Below, piece after piece: positions 45,819-55,362 of a stretch of DNA of 64,000 bases; position 1 is the first letter of the stretch, and each line of letters opens with the position of its first letter. Source of the stretch: Bacteroidales bacterium (lineage in GTDB: Bacteria > Bacteroidota > Bacteroidia > Bacteroidales > UBA3663). The notes below the pieces were generated by a model. It made no database searches and was not told the origin of the DNA. It saw only the letters and a program-made list of their open reading frames with translations. Location: contig JAZQQU010000016.1 of assembly GCA_045629225.1 (NCBI GenBank), forward strand, positions 1,447 to 65,446, in the 5' to 3' direction. Both the position numbers and the translations under genes were made by a program.

Positions 45819-47654
45819 TTACTTGATCTTGAAGATAGGATCATCCTCAAATACCTTGTCGCCAGGGTTAGCGAGGATGGCAGTAATCTGACCATCTGCA
45901 TCAGCAGCAACGGCATTATAGGTCTTCATAGCCTCGATGTAACCGATGGTCTGGCCTTTCTTTACCATGTCTCCAACTTTGACAGGAGCCTCAGAGGCAT
46001 TCTTCACGAGGAAGAACTTACCCTCAAGAGGAGCAAGCACGTCAGCACCCTCACCAGCGGCTACTGGAGCTGCTGCGGCAGAGGCTGCAGCAGGTGCAGA
46101 GCCGTCGTTAGGAGCAATGCTTACGGTGTAGGTCTCGCCGTTGACTACGACCTTGAGGTCCTGTGCCTTGATTTCGCCGCCCTTAGGAGCATTCTTCTTG
46201 GCCTTGCGCTCAGCGAGGTCTGCTTCGAAGTCAGCCTTAGCCTTACCGCTCTTGTAAGCCTCATACTGTGATGGGTGCATTGCATACTCAAAGAGTTCCT
46301 CGTCGTCCTGACCAAGCTCCCAGCCATTGGCCTTCATCTTAGCACGGAATTCATCGAGGCAGTCTGGAGCATAAACCTGAGGATCCTCTGTCTCGAACTT
46401 CAGACCCTTCTCCTCTGCCATCTTGACGAGCTCTGGAGCTACTGGACCAGGCAGCTGACCTGATTTGCCGAGCAACATGTCCCAGTGGTTGTCGGCTATG
46501 ATGCTCCAGCGCTCCTTGCCCTTCTCCATCTGGAGTACGTTCATAAGCGCCTGATTCTTGACATACTGTGAGAATGGAGTTACAAGGCATGGGTAACCCA
46601 TTTTTGGCCAAACGTAAGCAACTTCGTCGAAGAGCTTGATGAGAATCTGGTCGGTAGTAAGCTTGGGCTGACCATTCTTCTCCTTCCAACGGTTCAGACC
46701 TTCAAGGTTCTCCTCAAGGTCAGTCATCAATGAACCCATCATGCCACCAGGGAGACCAGGCTTAACGAGGAGAGAGTTGTTGAGGTGGTTGAGTGCTGGG
46801 ATGTAGTAGCCCAGGAAGTCGTCCATCATTTCCTGAATCATAGTACGCACCTCCATGTAGGCAGCCATGTTGACATCCTTAACCTTGAAGCCAGCGTCCT
46901 TGAGGGTCTCGATAACGGTGATTACGTCAGCGTGACCGGTACCCCAAGAGAGTGGAGACATACCGCAGTCGATGTAGTCGCAGCCTGCCTCTGCAACAGC
47001 GAGGATAGATGCCATGTTGAAGCCAGGGCCAGCGTGAGAGTGGTACTGGATGACGATGTCCTTATATGCCTTGATGCCCTTGACAATTTCGCCGAGACTC
47101 TTTGGACGACCGATACCTGCCATATCCTTCAAGCAGATTTCGTCAGCACCAGCATCGATGAACTTCTTGGCGAGGTTGACGTAGTATTCAACAGTGTGGA
47201 TAGGAGAGAAAGTGATGCAGAGCGAAGCCTGAGCAATCATGCCAGCCTCCTTAGCATACTGGATCGATGGGATTACGTTGCGTGCATCGTTCAAGCCGCA
47301 GAAGATACGGGTGATGTCGGTACCCTGCTTCTTCTTGACTACGTAGAAAAGCTTACGCAGATCCTTTGAGCAGGGGAACATGCGGAGGCCGTTGAGGGCA
47401 CGGTCGAGCATGTGAGTCTGAATGCCAGCCTCGTGGAAAGGCTTAGTCCACTCACGGACAGACTTGTTGGGGTTTTCACCATAGAGCAGATTTACCTGCT
47501 CGAAACCACCACCATTGGTTTCAACACGATCAAAGCAACCCATCTCGATAATTTTGGGTGCTACCTTAACGAGCTGGTCAACACGAGGCTGGTACTTGCC
47601 AGCACTCTGCCACATATCGCGGAAGACCAGAGACAATTTTACTTCTTTTGCCAT
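45819..47654 (-). CDS. oadA: Oxaloacetate decarboxylase alpha subunit (5S carboxyltransferase + biotinyl domain)
   Basis: ETNGGGFEQ, HSHAGPG and the biotinylation motif EAMKT. The preferred start is MAKEVKLSLVFRDMWQS; the alternative ATG is at 47678. Confidence 0.9.
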   Translation of the reverse strand: MAKEVKLSLVFRDMWQSAGKYQPRVDQLVKVAPKIIEMGCFDRVETNGGGFEQVNLLYGENPNKSVREWTKPFHEAGIQTHMLDRALNGLRMFPCSKDLRKLFYVVKKKQGTDITRIFCGLNDARNVIPSIQYAKEAGMIAQASLCITFSPIHTVEYYVNLAKKFIDAGADEICLKDMAGIGRPKSLGEIVKGIKAYKDIVIQYHSHAGPGFNMASILAVAEAGCDYIDCGMSPLSWGTGHADVITVIETLKDAGFKVKDVNMAAYMEVRTMIQEMMDDFLGYYIPALNHLNNSLLVKPGLPGGMMGSLMTDLEENLEGLNRWKEKNGQPKLTTDQILIKLFDEVAYVWPKMGYPCLVTPFSQYVKNQALMNVLQMEKGKERWSIIADNHWDMLLGKSGQLPGPVAPELVKMAEEKGLKFETEDPQVYAPDCLDEFRAKMKANGWELGQDDEELFEYAMHPSQYEAYKSGKAKADFEADLAERKAKKNAPKGGEIKAQDLKVVVNGETYTVSIAPNDGSAPAAASAAAAPVAAGEGADVLAPLEGKFFLVKNASEAPVKVGDMVKKGQTIGYIEAMKTYNAVAADADGQITAILANPGDKVFEDDPIFKIK

Positions 47655-47703
47655 AATTCTATTTTGACTATTTAACATTTACAGTTTGACTATTAAGCCC
47701 TGA

Positions 47704-47970
47704 TTAGCCCTTTTTGATGTTGGTTACCATTGCACCTGGTGCTATCTGCTTCACTGCAGCCTCGATAGCCGCCTTGATGTTGGCAGGGATGGCTGCGGGA
47801 GCCGCGGATGCAGCCTTCTTAGGTGCAACCTCCTCTTCTGGAGCAAATTTGTTGACTGCCATAATCATCAGCTTTGAGAGGTTGATGATCAGGATGAGAA
47901 TGACGAATACCGTGCCCATGCCGACGATCATCAGCAGCAGGGCGGTCTCCATGTTTGTTAATCCTTCCAT
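47704..47970 (-). CDS. oadG: Oxaloacetate decarboxylase gamma subunit
   Basis: A single N-terminal TM segment (LLLMIVGMGTVFVILILI) and an Ala/Pro-rich tail, first gene of the oad operon. Confidence 0.8.
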   Translation of the reverse strand: MEGLTNMETALLLMIVGMGTVFVILILIINLSKLMIMAVNKFAPEEEVAPKKAASAAPAAIPANIKAAIEAAVKQIAPGAMVTNIKKG

Positions 47971-48116
47971 ATAATTTTGATTTTATAACTATACCTTGAA
48001 TAATCCTCGACTTGTGAGTTCAGAACGCAACCCTCATCTCTTTTTCATACCTTTGGTATGCTGTAAAGGGCTTCATATCTGGCCATGTAGGGCTTTTGAA
48101 TAACCCAAATTTGGTG

Positions 48117-48148
48117 CAAAATTACAATTTTTTTTCAACATCTCCAAA
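48117..48148 (-). promoter_or_regulatory. Promoter of oadGAB
   Basis: On the minus strand, TTTG (48148-48145) and TAATTTTG (48124-48117) with a 20-nt spacer. Confidence 0.5.
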
Positions 48149-48186
48149 AAAAGGAGGCAAAAAACATAGTTTTGTCTCCTTTTTTG
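48146..48186. terminator. Terminator after the GH3 fusion gene
   Basis: AAAAAGGAGGCAAAA-aacatag-TTTTGTCTCCTTTTT with one mismatch. Confidence 0.65.
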
Positions 48187-48231
48187 TTCGATAGTTGCTA
48201 TTACGAGCAATAATATGCAGTTAATATGTAG

Positions 48232-50724
48232 TTATTTCTTGATTGCCTCATATATTATATCCTGTATGCGCGTGCGGTAACTTTCCTTGGCTAAAGTGTT
48301 TGGCGTGCGGCTGGGACATACGCGGTTCGACAGGAAAATATAGATGAGTTCGTACTTAGGATCGACCCAGAAACAAGAGCCTGTGAACCCTGTATGTCCC
48401 CAAGTTTGAGGACTACAACGCTCGGACATGTTTGGGTTCTTATCACCCTTGGCTGTCTGCCGATCGAAGCCTAAGCCACGACGTGAGTGCGTGGAACGTT
48501 GGGTGGTGAATTGTCGGCAAACGTCGTGGTCTATCCATTGCTTCCCGTCCTCAGTTCCACCGTTGGCTATCATCAAAAGCAGGCGAGCTAGAGCTGTGGC
48601 CGAGCCGAAAAGTCCGGAGTTGCCCTCCACGCCCATGGCCCAAGCCCCAGTCTCATCATGCACCGTACCATGTATCAAACGCTGACGCACCGTCTCGTCC
48701 ACTTCGGTAGGGGCAATCAGACTGAGTTGCACGCCGTGATCCAGTGGGTTGTAACAGAGTTGGTCGTCATAGAAAGGTGCGAGACGTTGCTGCAGATATT
48801 GGTCAAGACGTTGACCTGACAGTCGTTCCACAATGTATCGCAGCAGTACGAAGTTGAGGTCTGAGTAGAGGTATTGCCCCAGTTTTTTCTTTGTCTTGAG
48901 GCCAGCAATGACCTGTAGCATCTCTTTGTCTCGCAATTGGAGTGAAGGCTGCTCGTAGTATTTCCAGAACTGGTATCCGTCGCGCAGTCCAGACTCGTGA
49001 TAGAGCAGATCCTGTAAGGTGACGTTGGCGTATGGCGTTTTCTTTAGCTCTGGCAGCCATTTGGTAACCTTGTCCTTGAGGCTGAGCTTGTATTCCTTCA
49101 CAGCTAGCATCATGGCTGGTGTGGTAGCGGCGGCCTTGCTGAGCGAGGCCAGATCGTAGCGTGTCTGGTAGTTGACAGGTATCTGGGAGAAGGCGTCGAG
49201 GTCTGCATTCACCCCCTGGGGGGCGAGTGTGCCAAAGCATTTGTTGTAGATCACTTTGCCACGACGAGCCACTAACACCTGGCAGCCAGGGGTTGCTCCC
49301 CTACCGATAGCATCACGTACAAGAGCATCGATGCCGTCCAGCATCTTGGCGTTCATACCCACCTCCTCGGGTTCGAAAATCTTGGGCGCAGGCATAAGCT
49401 GCTGGGATATCACGGATGCTGCAGTGACCGAGGATTCAGCTATGGCGAGCGAGGCGTTTGCTTCGGTGGGATCTACATAGTTGCTAGCCACTAATGAGGC
49501 GTTCTTTGCATCACCCTTCTTGACCCATGCGTATAAGCTTTCTGCCATCTGGGAGGGCGTAGTGGCAGACCGAGTCACGGGGTAGAGTAATTTGTTGCGC
49601 TTTGGGGCGATAATGAGGGCGTACTTCCACTGCAACACACGACGGCATTTCTCGTCGATGGTCTTGCGCTTCAAGGTGCCCTTTTGTATAGCTTTCTTGA
49701 GCGAAGCCCAGCAGTCCGCTATCGGTGTGGGCTGCAGCAGGATATCCACGCCAGCATTGAGCGCCTTGACACAGATGTCTGGGTACTTGCGAGCCCCCTC
49801 CATGGCCAGGCCATCAGTGAAGACGAGACCCCGGAAGCCTATGCGCTCGCGCAACTCTTCTGTCAGAATCTTCTTCGAGGCTGTGGCAGGCATCCCCTTT
49901 GTGGGTTCGAGCGAAGGAACCTCTAAGTGAGCAGTCATGATGCCGCCATAACCGGCACGGCTGAAGTTTTCGAAAGGCATCATCTCGAAGGTACGCATGC
50001 GCTCGGTACTATGTTTTAGGAGGGGTAGGGTCTTGTGCGAGTCTTGGTCTGTGTCACCATGTCCGGGGAAATGCTTGGCTACAGCCATCACACCACCATC
50101 CTCCAAACCTGCTGCATACGACAATCCGCAACTGACCACTACCGAAGGATCCGCACCGAACGAACGTGTTCCTATCACCGGATTCTTGGGGTTTGAATTG
50201 ATATCCATCACCGGGGCAAAACTTACGTGTATGCCCAGTTCATGACATTCCTGTGCCATGGCCACACCATATTGGTACATCAGACTATCTCGTACTGAAG
50301 GGTCGATGGTGGCCAGCTCTGCATTCTTGGGGAAACGTACACCGTCCTTCAGACGCATTGCCGACCCCCACTCAGCGTCGGCAGCTATGAGCAGAGGCAG
50401 GTGATTGACGCGCTGGCTCTGCTTCTGCGCGTAGTCGACAAACTGTTGCTGGCTGCGACGAGTACCTTTGCTGAAGAGGACTCCCCCCAGATGGTATTGT
50501 TTCATCTCTCGCTCGATGGTCGCCTTATTGGCAGAGTTGAATTCGGGCATGTAGTAGAGGGGCATCACAAGCTGTCCGAGTTTTTCGTCATCGGTCATCT
50601 GTTCCATCACGCTGTCAACCCAGTGTTCCATATCGGCCGCAGCCACATACCCGAGCAGATTCTGGGCTGTGGCTGTGGTAAATAATACTATGGTAACAAC
50701 GGCTGTGAATAAGAGTCGTTTCAT
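48232..50724 (-). CDS. GH3 (NagZ-like beta-N-acetylhexosaminidase) / class C beta-lactamase-like serine hydrolase fusion
   Basis: Signal peptide. The N-terminal half has KHFPGHGDTDQDSHK. The C-terminal half has the SxxK motif ASLSKAA. Confidence 0.85.
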   Translation of the reverse strand: MKRLLFTAVVTIVLFTTATAQNLLGYVAAADMEHWVDSVMEQMTDDEKLGQLVMPLYYMPEFNSANKATIEREMKQYHLGGVLFSKGTRRSQQQFVDYAQKQSQRVNHLPLLIAADAEWGSAMRLKDGVRFPKNAELATIDPSVRDSLMYQYGVAMAQECHELGIHVSFAPVMDINSNPKNPVIGTRSFGADPSVVVSCGLSYAAGLEDGGVMAVAKHFPGHGDTDQDSHKTLPLLKHSTERMRTFEMMPFENFSRAGYGGIMTAHLEVPSLEPTKGMPATASKKILTEELRERIGFRGLVFTDGLAMEGARKYPDICVKALNAGVDILLQPTPIADCWASLKKAIQKGTLKRKTIDEKCRRVLQWKYALIIAPKRNKLLYPVTRSATTPSQMAESLYAWVKKGDAKNASLVASNYVDPTEANASLAIAESSVTAASVISQQLMPAPKIFEPEEVGMNAKMLDGIDALVRDAIGRGATPGCQVLVARRGKVIYNKCFGTLAPQGVNADLDAFSQIPVNYQTRYDLASLSKAAATTPAMMLAVKEYKLSLKDKVTKWLPELKKTPYANVTLQDLLYHESGLRDGYQFWKYYEQPSLQLRDKEMLQVIAGLKTKKKLGQYLYSDLNFVLLRYIVERLSGQRLDQYLQQRLAPFYDDQLCYNPLDHGVQLSLIAPTEVDETVRQRLIHGTVHDETGAWAMGVEGNSGLFGSATALARLLLMIANGGTEDGKQWIDHDVCRQFTTQRSTHSRRGLGFDRQTAKGDKNPNMSERCSPQTWGHTGFTGSCFWVDPKYELIYIFLSNRVCPSRTPNTLAKESYRTRIQDIIYEAIKK

Positions 50725-50772
50725 GTAGTCTTAAGTAATCTGTAATTTGAAATCTGTAATCTGGCAATCCGA

Positions 50773-52371
50773 TTACAATCGCTTGGGCTCGTCCGAAATT
50801 GCACCCTTGGCTTTGTCAATCACACGATCATCCAGCTTGGCTTCGATGACCTTACCCTTGGCGGTGAGTTCCTTTACGTAGTTAATCATGCAGTCGCGCA
50901 GTATGAGACCAGTTTTCAACCGGCTGGTGCATCGGGTCAGAGCGGTCATGCCATCGTTGCCTTCTGCCAGATAGTCAATGGTGGCGATGGAGTAGATGCG
51001 CTCAGGGTCGATGGGCTGTTCGTTCACCAGAATTTGGGTAGCCACAGCCTTAGTACCCTCCAGCTCGAGGGTCACCTTCACACCGCTCATCGATTCGAGC
51101 TTCTTGCCAGCAAGTGCGTGTATCAATTCATCGAGGTCGCTACCCTTGAGCTCCAATATCTCGAAGGCATTCTCGAAGGGGTAGATCTTGTATAGGTCTC
51201 CCAGAGTTACGTCACCTGCGGGCATGTCATTGCGCAGACCTCCTACGTTCATGATGCTGATGTCTATGGGCTTGCCGTAATATTGTTGTCCTAGGTCACG
51301 CATGGCATCGGCAGTGAAGTTGCCCAACAGACATTGAGGACGACCACGTGTCAGAAAGTCAGTCGAGGTGCCCATGCGTTCGCTCATCTGTGTCTTGAGC
51401 TGGTCGATGTATGGGGTAATGAACTGTTTCATTTCCTCCCCGCATCCCGTGAGGTCATAGTCCTCGGGATGCAACTTGCTGCACACGATGCTGTCCACAC
51501 TATATGCGCACTTCGGATAGCGACTGCCGCGCTTCATCTTGATTTGCAGGTATCCGATGGGCGACTGCTTGGCACCCGTTTGGGTGATGAGCACAGGGTG
51601 CCCCTCCTTATCGTTCACCCAGACGCCCTCCTCCAGGTTGGTGTGGGTGTGCGCTCCGATGATGATGTCCACACCCTGGGTGTTGAGCACTGTGAGTCGG
51701 TCACCAATAGTATCAGCGGGCGAATAGCCTACATGGCTGAGTACGATGACCAGATCGCAGCCCTGGTCACGCAGCAGCTGTGCCTCACGATTTACGGCAA
51801 GTATAGGATCTTCATAGCGGATGCCCTTCCAGTTTTTTGCAAAGATGAGTCCCTCGGGGTCGCAGGTCACACCGGTAATGCCGATTTTTACGTCATGGTT
51901 CTTCACAATGAGGTGAGGCTTGATGAGGTCAGTAAGCAAGGTGCTGTCGCAGTGGTAGTTGCACGAAATGAAGGGGAAATCGGCTATGCGAAGCATGGAG
52001 TCGAGCATAGCAATACCGTTGTCAAACTCATGGTTGCCAAAGGTAGAACATACCAGGTCCTGCTGGTTCATGCAGTACATCTCGAGCATGCCGTCAAACA
52101 CGTTGTAAAAAGGTGAGCCTTGCACCATGTCGCCAGCGTCGAGATAGAGCAAGTCTGGATCTTGCTGACGGAAGTAGTCTAGCATTGAGGCACGTTCCAC
52201 CACGCCACCCGACTGGGTGCCATCTTTGGCAGTGGCAGGTTCGATTTGCGAATGAGTGTCGTTGGTATGGATGATGGTGATGACCGGATTGTCCACACCC
52301 TTGTGGCACGAGGACATAATACTGAGCATCGACGCTATCAATATAGCACTAATTGAGATATTTCGTTTCAT
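50773..52371 (-). CDS. Bifunctional metallophosphatase/5'-nucleotidase
   Basis: HTNDTHS, DAGD, GNHEFD and GAHTH motifs, plus a lipoprotein-like signal (SIMSSC). Confidence 0.9.
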   Translation of the reverse strand: MKRNISISAILIASMLSIMSSCHKGVDNPVITIIHTNDTHSQIEPATAKDGTQSGGVVERASMLDYFRQQDPDLLYLDAGDMVQGSPFYNVFDGMLEMYCMNQQDLVCSTFGNHEFDNGIAMLDSMLRIADFPFISCNYHCDSTLLTDLIKPHLIVKNHDVKIGITGVTCDPEGLIFAKNWKGIRYEDPILAVNREAQLLRDQGCDLVIVLSHVGYSPADTIGDRLTVLNTQGVDIIIGAHTHTNLEEGVWVNDKEGHPVLITQTGAKQSPIGYLQIKMKRGSRYPKCAYSVDSIVCSKLHPEDYDLTGCGEEMKQFITPYIDQLKTQMSERMGTSTDFLTRGRPQCLLGNFTADAMRDLGQQYYGKPIDISIMNVGGLRNDMPAGDVTLGDLYKIYPFENAFEILELKGSDLDELIHALAGKKLESMSGVKVTLELEGTKAVATQILVNEQPIDPERIYSIATIDYLAEGNDGMTALTRCTSRLKTGLILRDCMINYVKELTAKGKVIEAKLDDRVIDKAKGAISDEPKRL

Positions 52372-52411
52372 CGTGAAGGTAATGTATGTGTTAGTATTTA
52401 TTTTAGTGTTG

Positions 52412-52443
52412 CAAATTTACAGTTTTTTTCATAATAGTCCAAA
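52412..52443 (-). promoter_or_regulatory. Promoter of the 5'-nucleotidase gene
   Basis: On the minus strand, TTTG (52443-52440) and TAAATTTG (52419-52412) with a 20-nt spacer. Confidence 0.55.
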
Positions 52444-52521
52444 TTCTTAGGCATAAAAATACTGCTGCATAGCTTTTTTTCTGCCATTTCATGTCGGTTT
52501 TGGTTTCTGATAAGCTTTTTT

Positions 52522-55083
52522 TCACTCCATCATGTCAAGCAATGTGGCATAGATGGGGCTTTGTAGCAACAGCTTGCGGTTTCCTACGATAAAAAGATGT
52601 TTGCGAGCGCGTGTGAGAGCTACGTTGAGCTTCCGATCAATGAGTTGCCCGTCGAGGTAGATAGGGGCAGAGAGAAGGTCAAGTTGGTCCGGGGTGCTGA
52701 CGGTGGTGGTGAAGATGATGATGTCGCGTTGTGAGCCTTGGTAACGTTCGACGGTATCGATGTTGATGGCTTGTGCCATGTCGCATTGTTGCTCCATCTC
52801 CCTGCGGATGGCCGCTATCTGCTGGCGGTAGGGCACGATGATGCCGAGGGTGTGGTCATCCCACTCTAAGCCGTGCTGCTGGTAGATTTCGGCAATGCGT
52901 AACACGAGTCGGGCCACCATGTGGGCTTCGGCAGGGTTGGCCTTGGTGCCGAGAGGGGCGCTGGGTACATCAATAAAGGCGTACCGGGGCATAAGAGCTT
53001 CCTGCTCTAACTGGTGGGGGAGTCCGACGGGTTGGAGCTGGCTGCTATAGAACATCTCGTTGGCAAAGCGTGCGATTTCGGGGTGCATGCGACCTTGGCG
53101 AGAAAGGAGGGTTATTGAGGAGTGTGGGCTTTGATGGGTTAGAGAGGTTCGTGGAGTTGGCCCATTCGAACATTTGAACCTTTCTGACTTTTCAGACTCT
53201 TCAAACTTTTCACATTTCTCAACCTTTCTATATAACTGCTCGAAGAGCGACTGTGCTCCCTCTTGCAGAGTGACAGCAGGGAGTTGTTTGGGGTCGCCAA
53301 TGAGGATGCATTCTTTGCGAGCGTGCTTGAGGATTCCGATGACTTGGTGGTCGAGGAGCTGGCTGGCTTCATCGACAATGATGGTGTCGAAGTCTAGTAG
53401 GTCAAAGAGATGGGGCATGGCCAGGAGTCGAGCCGAGGTGCCGACATAGAATCGTTCAGCATCAAGACGTCTGCGCAGTTCTGTGCGTTGGCTGCATTGG
53501 TCAATGATCTGTTGCAGGAGGCGCGGACGGAAGGCCTCAGGTGTGTCAGTCAGAGAGCCTAGTCGGACATAGGGGCATACGTTGTCGAGCGTGGCACAGA
53601 TCTCATCGACCGCACGATGAGTGAAGGCGAGGAGCAGGACGCGCTGAGTGGTGTTGTCATAAAGGTCTTGCACGATGTTGCGCAGAGTGACAGAAGTCTT
53701 TCCCGTGCCCGGAGGACCAACGATAAGGCGATAGTTGCTGGGGAATGAGGAATTAGGAATGAGGATTGAAGAATACAGGCTGCGACACACTTGGGCGATG
53801 GAGCTGTTGATTGTGTCGTGCTCAAGGGCGAAGGGAGGGGTTGAGTTTAGAGGGGAGGGTTCAGAGTCAAGGGTGGAGAGTTTAGGGGTTAGAGCAGTTT
53901 GAAGGGAGAAGTGACAGGGACGCTCGGGGTGACGCAAACGGATGGTGATGGAGGCCTCGGTGATGTCGGCTATGCTGCCACGCAGGATGATGACATTCTG
54001 TCGTTGAGTGTTGGGCGATAGCATAGGGTAGAGGATGACGGGGTCTCCCAAGCGGAAATCGTGTTCTTCAGACCTCTCAAGCTCTTCACACTTCAGCGAA
54101 AGCACAAAGTCTGTAATCTCTTCCTTTTCATTGACTTGCAACGCAATCAATGGAAGGCTGCGAAGCGATAGCGCCTCGGGCTGTTGGGCCTGTAGTTCCT
54201 CCTCACGCAAGATGAATTCGAGGCGTGTGAAGAACCAGTCTCGCACATCGGCAGGTGCTGCTTCGATAGGTGCAATGAGCTCGAGGAGCCTGGGTTTGTC
54301 GTACTGCTGCCACAGCTTGCCATTCGCTCCTGGGTACATCTCTTCGATGGCTTGTCGCGTGAAGAAATGTCGTCCATTACCCGTGGCAATCTGGTGCAGG
54401 ATGTCTTGAATCTCGTCGCGTAGCTGGAGAGCCTGCTCACAGAGCTCGTCGGGGAAAGGTTGAGCTTCGAGCAGAGGGTAAGTGTTGTAGTGCAGATAGG
54501 AGTGTATCTGATTATGCGGTATGCCCATGCAGCGGTGAAGAACTTCGGCATAGAGCATCGTCTGTACTCGGTGAGCCTGCTTGGCATGGCCTTGCCATTC
54601 GTTGCGTTTGCCTGACTTGAGTTCCACGATGCTAGCATGGTCAGGCTGTAGGTCGAGCAGGTCCATACGTCCGCTGAGTCCGAGCTCAGGGCTTACGAAC
54701 GAGGGCTCGAGCCAGGCCTGTGAGGCATCGATCTGCTGTCGGGCAAAGTCTTGACCCACTATCTGCCGAACGTTGTCATACTGCTGCTGCACGGTGTTGA
54801 AATAGACCTTGCGCAGCTGCTCGTCATCTACATCAAGGTAGAGCAGAGCATCGTCATGCCAGGAGGACTGGAGGATGTCGTTCAGTGACGATTGTGGAGC
54901 TTGTGGGGAAGCATCGGTAGTGGATGAGACCACCGCATCGAACATATTATTGACTGCATTACCCAGCAGGTTGTAGGCCGACGGAGTGACGGGCTGCAGC
55001 AGTCTGAAGATGTAATGCAGTGGGTGAGGACCGTACTCCTTGAAGCAGGAGGCGAGCGCGGAGATGTCGATGAGTTGAGGCAT
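52522..55083 (-). CDS. PD-(D/E)XK nuclease / SF1 (Dna2-Upf1-like) helicase fusion
   Basis: GRMDLLD...IVELKSGK nuclease motif. Helicase motifs are GPPGTGKTS, IIVDEASQ, GDPKQLP, GRMHPEI, VERYQGSQRD and LNVALTRARK. It contains low-complexity insertions. Confidence 0.85.
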   Translation of the reverse strand: MPQLIDISALASCFKEYGPHPLHYIFRLLQPVTPSAYNLLGNAVNNMFDAVVSSTTDASPQAPQSSLNDILQSSWHDDALLYLDVDDEQLRKVYFNTVQQQYDNVRQIVGQDFARQQIDASQAWLEPSFVSPELGLSGRMDLLDLQPDHASIVELKSGKRNEWQGHAKQAHRVQTMLYAEVLHRCMGIPHNQIHSYLHYNTYPLLEAQPFPDELCEQALQLRDEIQDILHQIATGNGRHFFTRQAIEEMYPGANGKLWQQYDKPRLLELIAPIEAAPADVRDWFFTRLEFILREEELQAQQPEALSLRSLPLIALQVNEKEEITDFVLSLKCEELERSEEHDFRLGDPVILYPMLSPNTQRQNVIILRGSIADITEASITIRLRHPERPCHFSLQTALTPKLSTLDSEPSPLNSTPPFALEHDTINSSIAQVCRSLYSSILIPNSSFPSNYRLIVGPPGTGKTSVTLRNIVQDLYDNTTQRVLLLAFTHRAVDEICATLDNVCPYVRLGSLTDTPEAFRPRLLQQIIDQCSQRTELRRRLDAERFYVGTSARLLAMPHLFDLLDFDTIIVDEASQLLDHQVIGILKHARKECILIGDPKQLPAVTLQEGAQSLFEQLYRKVEKCEKFEESEKSERFKCSNGPTPRTSLTHQSPHSSITLLSRQGRMHPEIARFANEMFYSSQLQPVGLPHQLEQEALMPRYAFIDVPSAPLGTKANPAEAHMVARLVLRIAEIYQQHGLEWDDHTLGIIVPYRQQIAAIRREMEQQCDMAQAINIDTVERYQGSQRDIIIFTTTVSTPDQLDLLSAPIYLDGQLIDRKLNVALTRARKHLFIVGNRKLLLQSPIYATLLDMME

Positions 55084-55149
55084 AGCCAGTGTGGGTGATT
55101 GGGTGTTAAGCTCGATGCTTTATGGGTTGAAATGAGGCTAAAAACGATG

Positions 55150-55157
55150 CAAAGATA
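55150..55157 (-). promoter_or_regulatory. -7 box (TATCTTTG) for the helicase gene
   Basis: CAAAGATA on the plus strand, about 65 nt upstream of the ATG at 55083. There is no clear -33 element. Confidence 0.4.
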
Positions 55158-55241
55158 GCCTCTGGGGCGTGAAAATGCAAGTTTTGAGGCGAATTTTAGA
55201 CAAATTAATAGCAGTTTTTTCCGCATTTCGACTTTTTGATG

Positions 55242-55249
55242 TATCTTTG
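55242..55249 (+). promoter_or_regulatory. -7 box (TATCTTTG) for tamB
   Basis: Exact consensus octamer, divergent from the helicase promoter. Confidence 0.45.
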
Positions 55250-55362
55250 CGCGAAAATATATAATGTAGACAGGGATCGACACCATGCCAGAAACCACTG
55301 GACCCATAGTGAAGCCTACGCCTAAACTCCAAGACATTCGTAGGTCTAAGAGGGGCGGCTCG

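Noticed and set aside
34016-53887. A shared 11-mer AGAGTTTAGGG at 34016, its complement at 34129, and a copy inside the helicase gene at 53877, as evidence for a dispersed element.
   Set aside because: Exact 11-mer coincidences are expected many times by chance in 64 kb on two strands. Only the local inverted pair at 34011-34142 is statistically notable.
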